DNA of 35,071 nucleotides, from assembly GCA_048213135.1 (NCBI GenBank), contig PS015265.1:23461-58531 (forward strand), read 5' to 3'. Below the pieces are notes generated by a model that was given only the letters and a program-made list of their open reading frames with translations, ran no database searches and had not been told where the DNA came from. Positions 11,038-19,222 of the stretch are shown in pieces. Origin of the DNA: Reclinomonas americana ATCC 50394. Taxonomy: Eukaryota. A program made the position numbers and the translations under genes. How positions within the stretch are numbered: position 1 is the first letter of the stretch; every line of letters begins with the position of its first letter.

Positions 11038-13125
11038 TCACAAACACAGCTGAGGGTCGCAGTGGCACCGATACACAATCACCTCTGCCTCCTCAACCAT
11101 GAAACACCGCATCACTAGTTCAGGCAGGCAGCGCGAATCCAGTTCTTCCTCCACTTGCATCTCCTGTACGCTGCGCATCGCCGAGCGCGCCACATCCACT
11201 TCCAGCTGAGCGAGACCGCACGGCGTCGACCAGACACGCACCAAATTGTCTGCACCTCCACTCACAATGTGTTGACCGCCCGGGGAAACAGCGACAGACC
11301 GAACACTCTCGTGTTCCTCCAGCCGCTGCGNNNNNNNNNNNNNNNNNNNNNNNNNNNNNNNNNNNNNNNNNNNNNNNNNNNNNNNNNNNNNNNNNNNNNN
11401 NNNNNNNNNNNNNNNNNNNNNNNNNNNNNNNNNNNNNNNNNNNNNNNNNNNNNNNNNNNNNNNNNNCCTCGTCGCCGCTCGCCAGTGACCACACTCGCAC
11501 TGTCGTGTCTTGGCTGCCACTCACACCGTGCCGACTGTCGGGAGTGACGGCGACAGACCACACCGAGCGAGTGTGTCCCTCAAATCGCCGCACTTCGTCG
11601 CCACTGGCCAGCGACCACAACCGCACTGTTGTGTCCCGGCTGCCACTGAGAACGTGTCGATTGTCGAGAGTGACAGCGACCGAGTACACCTCTGCAGTGT
11701 GCCCCTCCATCTGTCTCACTTGCACGCCACTCGCCAGTGACCACACTCGCACTCGGCAATCGCCACCCCCACTCACGACATGTTGGCCGTCGGGAGTGAC
11801 GGCGACAGCGTACACTCTTCCGTAGTGCTCCTGCAATCGTCGCACATGCCCTTCGCCCTCGAGACGAGAGCGCACTCGCAGAGTGCAGTCGTCGCTGCCA
11901 CTCACAAACGTGTCGACCGTCGGGAGTGACGGCGACTGAATTCACATAATCAGCATGTCCCTTCAACCTCCGCACTTGCTCGCCACTCGCCAGTGACCAC
12001 ACGCGCACTGTGCCGTTGGCGCTCCCAGTGACAACGTGCTGACCGTCGGGAGTGACAGCAAGGCACCACACTGTGTTATTGTGTCCTCCCTCCAATCGGC
12101 GAACTTCCTCGCCAGTTGCCAGTGATCTCACTCGCACTGCCGTTCCGTTGCCGTTGACAATGTGCTGGCCGTCGGGAGTGAAGGCGACGCACAGTGCCCG
12201 ACCGGTGTGTNNNNNNNNNNNNNNNNNNNNNNNNNNNNNNNNNNNNNNNNNNNNNNNNNNNNNNNNNNNNNNNNNNNNNNNNNNNNNNNNNNNNNNNNNN
12301 NNNNNNNNNNNNNNNNNNNNNNNNNNNNNNNNNNNNNNNNNNNNNNNNNNNNNNNNNNNNNNNNNNNNNNNNNNNNNNNNNNNNNNNNNNNNNNNNNNNN
12401 NNNNNNNNNNNNNNNNNNNNNNNNNNNNNNNNNNNNNNNNNNNNNNNNNNNNNNNNNNNNNNNNNNNNNNNNNNNNNNNNNNNNNNNNNNNNNNNNNNNN
12501 NNNNNNNNNNNNNNNNNNNNNNNNNNNNNNNNNNNNNNNNNNNNNNNNNNNNNNNNNNNNNNNNNNNNNNNNNNNNNNNNNNNNNNNNNNNNNNNNNNNN
12601 NNNNNNNNNNNNNNNNNNNNNNNNNNNNNNNNNNNNNNNNNNNNNNNNNNNNNNNNNNNNNNNNNNNNNNNNNNNNNNNNNNNNNNNNNNNNNNNNNNNN
12701 NNNNNNNNNNNNNNNNNNNNNNNNNNNNNNNNNNNNNNNNNNNNNNNNNNNNNNNNNNNNNNNNNNNNNNNNNNNNNNNNNNNNNNNNNNNNNNNNNNNN
12801 NNNNNNNNNNNNNNNNNNNNNNNNNNNNNNNNNNNNNNNNNNNNNNNNNNNNNNNNNNNNNNNNNNNNNNNNNNNNNNNNNNNNNNNNNNNNNNNNNNNN
12901 NNNNNNNNNNNNNNNNNNNNNNNNNNNNNNNNNNNNNNNNNNNNNNNNNNNNNNNNNNNNNNNNNNNNNNNNNNNNNNNNNNNNNNNNNNNNNNNNNNNN
13001 NNNNNNNNNNNNNNNNNNNNNNNNNNNNNNNNNNNNNNNNNNNNNNNNNNNNNNNNNNNNNNNNNNNNNNNNNNNNNNNNNNNNNNNNNNNNNNNNGCGA
13101 AAACGCGGGTGCAGCGGAAGGTCAT
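11038..13125 (-). CDS. WD40 repeat protein copy 3 (interrupted by two assembly gaps and one frameshift; may be a pseudogene)
   Basis: ATG (MTFRCTRVF) at 13125, gap 12211-13096, repeats 1-6 at 11467-12210, gap 11331-11466, then repeat 7 and the tail ending CHCDPQLCL*. An extra A at about 11907 (ctcacaaacgtg versus ctcacaacgtg in copy 5) shifts the frame. Confidence 0.75.
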
Positions 13126-13677
13126 CGCGAGGGGAAGGAGGAAAAGGAGAAGGGGAGGAGAAGGAGGAGGAGAAGGGGAAGGAGAAGGGGAAGGAGAAGG
13201 AGGGCAGGAGGGAGGAGAAGGAGAGGAGAAGGGGAGGAGAAGGGGAGGAGAAGGGGAGGAGAAGGAGGAGGAGAAGGGGAGGAGAAGGAGGGGGAAGGGG
13301 AGGAGAAGGAGAAGGATAGGAGAAGGAGAGGGGAAGGAGCGGGAAGGAGAGGAGAAGGAGAGGAGAAGGGGAGGAGAAGGAGAGAGCAAAGGGAATGCTG
13401 AGGAGTGCGAGCAAAGGGTACACAGATGGAGGAACTGTAGAACAAGAGATGCCTGCACCGGGAGGAGACGGGGTTGAGTGGCGAAAAAATATGTTGTCCT
13501 TTCGTCCTCACTTCACGCTCTTGCTTGCCAGCGCTGGGTTCAAGATAGTTAGCAGTGCACAAGAACATCATGGACAGAATACAACAATCACGCTGCAAGT
13601 TTACTCGCAACACATGAGCGCTCAACCACGTCGACGTTTTGCTCCGAACATGCTTCCCTCTCTCTCAGTCAGTTGCC

Positions 13678-14745
13678 TCACAGGCACAACTGTGGGTCGC
13701 AGAAGCACCGATACACAATGGCCTCTGCCTCCTCAACCACGAAACACCGCAACACGAGTTCCGGAAGGCAGCGTGAGTCAGCTTCCTCGCCCCCCTCTTG
13801 CATCTCCTGCACGCTGCGCATCGCCAAGCGCGCCACATCCGACTCCTGTCGAGCGAGACCACACGGTGTCGACCACACACACACCGTAACATCACCCGCA
13901 CTCGCAACGTGTTGACCATCGGGTGCGATAGCCACAGAAAAAACTGCAGCATCGTGTCCCTCCAATCGCTGCACTTCTTGCTCGCCACTCGCCAGTGACC
14001 ACACGCGCACTGTGCTGTCTTCGCCACCGCTCACAATGTGCCGACCATCGTGTGTGATGGCGACAGACCACACCGGACCAGTGTGTCCCAGAAATCGACG
14101 CGTCTCCTGGCCACTCGCCACGGACCACAGGCGCACTATGCCGTCCGTACTCGCACTCGCAACGTGCCGGCCGTCGGGAGTCACAGCGACCGAGATAACC
14201 TCGCCAGTGCTGCCAACCATCTGCCGCACTTCTTCTCCACTCGCCATGGACCACACCCGCACAGTCTTGTCATCACCTCCGCTCACAATGTGCCGATCAT
14301 CCACAGTGACGGCCACTGATCTCACCTTCCAAGTGTGCCCCACCAACCGCAGCACTTCTTCTCCGCTCGCCAGCGACCACACTCTCACCGTTTTGTCATC
14401 GCTCCCACTCACAACGCGCTGACCGTCGGACGTGATTGCAACAGCGTGCACCCACGAGGCATGCCCCTTTAGTTGTCGCACCTCCATCCAGCTCTCCGTG
14501 GACCACACTCGCACAGTCTTGTCCTCACTCCCACTTATTACATGCTTACCATCGGGAGCAACAGCCACCGACAATACTTGTTGTGTGTGTCCCTCCAGTT
14601 GCTGCATCTCTTCGCCAGTCGCCAGTGACCACACGCGCACGGGCTTGTCCTCAGCTCCACTCACCACGTGCTGGCCATTGGGAGTGACGGTGACGGACCA
14701 CACACAACCAGTGTGCTCAAAGATGTGGATGCAGCGGAAGGTCAT
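13678..14745 (-). CDS. WD40 repeat protein copy 4 (355 aa)
   Basis: Intronless ORF MTFRCIHIFEH..., seven WD40 repeats, tail DSRCLPELVLRCFVVEEAEAIVYRCFCDPQLCL. Repeats 5-7 are nearly identical to copy 2. Confidence 0.9.
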   Translation of the reverse strand: MTFRCIHIFEHTGCVWSVTVTPNGQHVVSGAEDKPVRVWSLATGEEMQQLEGHTQQVLSVAVAPDGKHVISGSEDKTVRVWSTESWMEVRQLKGHASWVHAVAITSDGQRVVSGSDDKTVRVWSLASGEEVLRLVGHTWKVRSVAVTVDDRHIVSGGDDKTVRVWSMASGEEVRQMVGSTGEVISVAVTPDGRHVASASTDGIVRLWSVASGQETRRFLGHTGPVWSVAITHDGRHIVSGGEDSTVRVWSLASGEQEVQRLEGHDAAVFSVAIAPDGQHVASAGDVTVCVWSTPCGLARQESDVARLAMRSVQEMQEGGEEADSRCLPELVLRCFVVEEAEAIVYRCFCDPQLCL

Positions 14746-15255
14746 CGCGAGGGGAAGGAGGGGAGAAGGGGAAGGAGGAAAAGGAGTAGGAGAGAGAGAA
14801 AAGGAGGGGAGAAGGAGAGGAGAAGGAGGGGAAGGAGAGCAGAAGGGGAAGGAGAAGGGGAGGAGAAGGGGAGGAGAAGGAGGGGGAAGGGAGGAGAAGG
14901 AGGGGGAAAGGGGAGGAGAAAGCGAAGGAGGGGAGAAGGAGAGGAGACGGAGAGAGCAAAGGGGATGCACAGGAGTGAGAGCAAAAGGTACACAGGGGAG
15001 GAACTGTTGGGCAAAGAGATGACTGCAGTGGGAGGGACGGAGGGAGAGAGACAATGCTGTGTGTGAGTGGATGGAGTGCGGAAAATTGACTGTGTTGTCC
15101 TCTCAACGTCCTCACTTGGCGCACTTGAGCTCGCATAGCAGCGTTGGGACCAAGGTTCTTCGATCATGCAGTGAGCGTTAAATTAGCCGCAACAACAGCT
15201 TTACATGCAACTCAAAAAAACCTTAAAAACGTCGATGTCTCCTTTATACCGCGCC

Positions 15256-16374
15256 TCACAGACACAGCTGAGGGTCGCAGAGGCACTGATACAAAACGAC
15301 CTCTGCCTCCTCGACAATGAAGCACCGCAGCACCAGTTCCGGCAGACAGTGAGAACCGCGACCGGGCTCTGCATCCTCCCCTTTCTCCTCCTCCACCTCC
15401 TCCTCTTCTTCTTCTCCACTCCCCACTTGCATCTTCCGCACAATGCGCCGCACTGAGCGTGCCATATCCAACTCCTGCCGAGCGAGACCATACGGCGTCG
15501 ACCACACGCGCACTGTGTTATCTGTTCCTGCGCTCACAATGTGTTGACCGCCGAGAGCAACAGCGACACACCGAACACTCCAAGCGTGTCCCCTCAACCG
15601 CTGCATCTCATCGCCGCTTGCCAATGACCACACGCGCACCGTGCTGTCTTGGCTGCCGCTCACAATGTGCCGACCATCGGGAGTGACGGCAACAGACCAC
15701 ACCGGACCCGTGTGTCCCTGAAACCGCCGCACTTCGTCGCCACTGGCCACGGACCACAGCCGCACTGTCTTGTCTCGGCCTCCGCTGACAATGTGCTGGC
15801 CGTCGGGAGTAACAGCGACCGAGTTCACCTCTCCTGTGTGCCCTACGAGCTCCAGCTGCCGATATTTTTCTCTCGTATCCAGCGACAGCACTCGCACGGT
15901 CCTGTCATCACCTGCGCTGACAATGTGCTGCCTGTCGGGAGTAACGGCAAGAGTGTGCACCACTCCAGAGTGTTCCTCCAGCCGCCGCACTTGCGTGCAG
16001 TTCGCGAGAGACCACACTCGCACAGTCAAGTCCCGACTGGCACTCACAACGTGTCGACAGTCAGCGGTGACAGCGAGCGAGTGCACGTCATCAGTGTGCC
16101 CCTTCATCCATCGCACCTGTTCGCCTGTTGTCAGCGACCACACGCGCACTGTGCTGCCGCTGCCGCTCACGACTTGCCGACCATTGGGAGTGACAGCAAG
16201 ACACCACACCGTCTCACTGTGTCCTCCTATCAGCCGCACATCGTCTCCAGTCGCCAGAGACCTCACTCGCACTGCGCTGCCGTCACCATTGACAACGTGC
16301 TTTCCGTCGGGAGTGAAGGCGACGCACAATGCTGGTCTTGTGTGTTCGAAGACGCGGGTGCAGAGGAAAGCCAT
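15256..16374 (-). CDS. WD40 repeat protein copy 5 (372 aa)
   Basis: Intronless ORF MAFLCTRVFEH..., seven repeats, Glu-rich linker, tail CLPELVLRCFIVEEAEVVLYQCLCDPQLCL. Closest to copy 3. Confidence 0.9.
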   Translation of the reverse strand: MAFLCTRVFEHTRPALCVAFTPDGKHVVNGDGSAVRVRSLATGDDVRLIGGHSETVWCLAVTPNGRQVVSGSGSTVRVWSLTTGEQVRWMKGHTDDVHSLAVTADCRHVVSASRDLTVRVWSLANCTQVRRLEEHSGVVHTLAVTPDRQHIVSAGDDRTVRVLSLDTREKYRQLELVGHTGEVNSVAVTPDGQHIVSGGRDKTVRLWSVASGDEVRRFQGHTGPVWSVAVTPDGRHIVSGSQDSTVRVWSLASGDEMQRLRGHAWSVRCVAVALGGQHIVSAGTDNTVRVWSTPYGLARQELDMARSVRRIVRKMQVGSGEEEEEEVEEEKGEDAEPGRGSHCLPELVLRCFIVEEAEVVLYQCLCDPQLCL

Positions 16375-16877
16375 CGAGAGGAGAAGAAGAACGAGAGGAG
16401 AAGGAGAATGAGGAAGAAGGAGAAGGAGAAGAGAAGGAGAAGGGGAGGAGAAGGGGAGGAGAAGGGGAGGAGAAGGGGAGGAGAAGGGGAGGAGAAGGGG
16501 AGGAGAAGGAGGAGGAGAAGGGAGGAGAAGGAGGAGGAGAAGGGAGGAGAAGGGAGGAGAAGGGGAGGAGAAGCAGAGCACGCGATGACCGCAGTGGGAG
16601 GAATGGAGGGAGAGAGTGAACGAGAGAAGATGCTGTGGTGCGCTGGATGGGAACAGAAGGAGAGTGTGCGGAAAAATTGAGTTGTCCTCTGCAAATCATC
16701 ACTTCGCGAGCTCGCTTGTCAGCGTTGGGGCCAAGGTTGCACGAGACGATTACAGAATAAGCGATACCAAAACCACAACACCAACTTTACATGCAACTCA
16801 AGGACATAGAAACGTCGACGTTCTCCTTCCATGCCGCTCTCTCGCTCTCTCTCTTTCTCTCTGTCAGTTGCCAAAAC

Positions 16878-17966
16878 TCATAGGCACAACTGCGGGTCGC
16901 ACAGGCACCGATACACAATCACCTCTGCCTCCTCGACCATAAAACACCGCAGCACCATTTCCGGAAGGCAGCGCGAATCCCGTTCCTCCTCCGAATCCTC
17001 GTCTCCTGTTCCTTGCATCATCTCCTGCACGTTGCGCATCGCCAAGCGCGCCACCTCCAACTCCAGTCGAGCGAGTCCATACGGCGTCGACCACAAGCGC
17101 ACCGTATTATCGGCACCCGCACTCACAATGTGCTGACCGTCGCGGGTGACGGCAACAGCGTGCACCGGCGCAGTGTGTCCCTCCAGCCGCTGCAACTCCA
17201 TTCCACTCGCCACAGACCACACCCGCACCGTCTTGTCTTGGCTGCCGCTCACAATGAGCTGACTGCTGGGAACATTGATGACGGCGACAGACGTCACCCA
17301 CTGCGAGTGTGCCAGCTGTTGCACTTCTTCCCCACTCGCCACGGACCACAGCCGCACGGTTTTGTCTTCGCTGGCACTCACAATGTGGTGGCCATCGGCA
17401 GTGACGGCGACCGATCGCACTCCGCGCAGGTGACCCTCGAGCCGTAGCACTTCCTCCCCACTCGACAGTGACCACACGCGCACCGTCTCATCCCAACTCC
17501 CGCTGATAATGTCTTGCCCGTTGGGCGAAAGCACCGCGCACCACACCTCCTCCGTGTGCCCCCTCAACCGCCGCACCTCCTCACCGCTCACCAGCGACCA
17601 CACTCGCACCGTCTTGTCGAAGCCGACACTGACAACGTGCTGGGCATCGGGCGCAATGGCGACAGCGTTCACCCACCACGCGTGTCCCTCCAGCCGCTGC
17701 ACCTCTGCACCACTCAACACGCACCACAATCGCACGGTTTTGTCTTGACCGCCGCTCACCACATGCAGCCCATCGGGAGTAAAGGCCACACTGCGCACGA
17801 TCGACGTGTGTCCCTCCAACCGCTGCACTTCTTCGCCACTCGCCAGTGACCACACGCGCACTGTCATGTCGGAACCTCCGCTCGCCACGTGCTGGCCGTC
17901 GGGAGCAAAGGCGACGGACCACACTGATGCGGTGTGGTCAAAGGTGCGGGCAAAGCGGAAAATCAT
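16878..17966 (-). CDS. WD40 repeat protein copy 6 (362 aa, most divergent)
   Basis: Intronless ORF MIFRFARTFDH..., seven repeats, tail DSRCLPEMVLRCFMVEEAEVIVYRCLCDPQLCL. Confidence 0.9.
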   Translation of the reverse strand: MIFRFARTFDHTASVWSVAFAPDGQHVASGGSDMTVRVWSLASGEEVQRLEGHTSIVRSVAFTPDGLHVVSGGQDKTVRLWCVLSGAEVQRLEGHAWWVNAVAIAPDAQHVVSVGFDKTVRVWSLVSGEEVRRLRGHTEEVWCAVLSPNGQDIISGSWDETVRVWSLSSGEEVLRLEGHLRGVRSVAVTADGHHIVSASEDKTVRLWSVASGEEVQQLAHSQWVTSVAVINVPSSQLIVSGSQDKTVRVWSVASGMELQRLEGHTAPVHAVAVTRDGQHIVSAGADNTVRLWSTPYGLARLELEVARLAMRNVQEMMQGTGDEDSEEERDSRCLPEMVLRCFMVEEAEVIVYRCLCDPQLCL

Positions 17967-18720
17967 GGGGTGAAGGGAGGAGAAGGGAGGAGAAGGGGGA
18001 AGGGGAGATGGGGAGAAGGGAAGGGAGAAGGGGAGAAGGGGGAGAAGGGGGAAGGGGAGATGGGAGAAGGGGGGAAGGGGGAAGGGGAGATGGGAGAAGG
18101 GAGAAGCGATTACAGAGAAGGGGGAAGAGGAAACTGTCTGCGTTGCTGCCACAAGAGCGCAGTGAGGAGGAAAGAGAATGGCGGTGTCTGTGCGCGTGTC
18201 TCACAAGGGGAAAAGCACGTGCGATGCGCTCAGTGCGCGCGTGCGCGAAGGGTGATCACGACAAGAGTTCGGCGGAAGTTGTGTCGTTGTGCTTCACTAG
18301 TTGCCTTGCTAGCATTGTTGTTGAACGACGCACGCCCACAACAAAGACAAAAACAAAATAGCGAGAGGTGACTGTCAGCTTGCGGATAGGAAAATTGTTT
18401 GTTGTCCTTCTTATGTCCTCACTTCTCGCTCTCTGTTGCTGCCATTGTTGTGGTCCTGTGCAAGACGACTGCAGTGACAAGCACGACAACAGCAGCAACA
18501 TATTGTGCGCCAAATTTCTTCGACGTCGACGTTCTCTTTCTTTCTTTCGTGCATGTTTTCGTTAATGCAAGCTTCGACTCTTGTGTCTCGTTGTTGCTGT
18601 GTTGTGCATGCACGGCTGCTGTTGCGTCAACTGAGTGACTGTGAGAGGTTTGCAGGACAAAGACAGAGTCCGAACAAAACTCACTCACAGTCAGAAAGAG
18701 AAGACCACCTTTCCTCAACA

Positions 18721-19191
18721 ATGAGACGCAGAGTTGCGTGCGCCACTTGTGTGTGTGTCTCGCCTCGCATGCACAGTTCGCCATGCGCGCGAAAAAAAGT
18801 GCGGAGAATTTGACACATTAAGTATGTGTGTGTGTGTGTGTGCTCTTTGTGTGTTTGTTTGTGTGTGTGCAGCCGGTGTATTCGACTATTGCAGTGTGCT
18901 GTGTGATATCAGCGGGTCTTATTGTGGCTGCGCTGGTGAGTGCATTGATGATCAATACATGCCTTGAATCACAGGGGACTTGCTGCTCTCGACTCTCTCT
19001 TGCATGCTCACTGTGCGCTCTTACACACACTCAGTCACACTAGCTCTTTCATACTCTCACTGGCCCCTTCTCCTTCTGATTGCGCCAACTCACTCAATGC
19101 TCTCCCTCCGGCATTCTCAGTCTCTCTTTCCTCGCTCTTCTCTCTGTCTTTCGCATTCTCTCTGTCTTTCGCATTCTCTCTGTCTCCCTCA

Positions 19192-19222
<31 letters not shown>

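Larger units (their letters stand above)
8445..18130 (-). repeat. Tandem gene array: six units, about 1.5-1.6 kb where intact (WD40 CDS + purine/pyrimidine tract + conserved spacer)
   Basis: Inter-gene spacers share blocks such as gtgcggaaaa(a)ttg, cagcgttg, tt(t)acatgca(g/a)ctcaa and (a/t)cgtcga. Each ATG is preceded by a GGAGAAGGG(G)A-type tract on the + strand (9090-9220, 10612-10745, 13128-13392, 14748-14945, 16376-16572, 17970-18130). Confidence 0.9.

Noticed and set aside
9528-17966. Diversity-generating retroelement or NLR explanation for the WD40 variability
   Set aside because: No reverse transcriptase, template repeat or NACHT/NB-ARC domain is visible in the window. The variation is not evidently adenine-specific.
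18368-18638. Cys-rich or hydrophobic short ORFs as first exons of the four-TM gene
   Set aside because: No good in-phase donor. ATG 18721 with the GTTGCG donor gives the expected short basic N-terminus.
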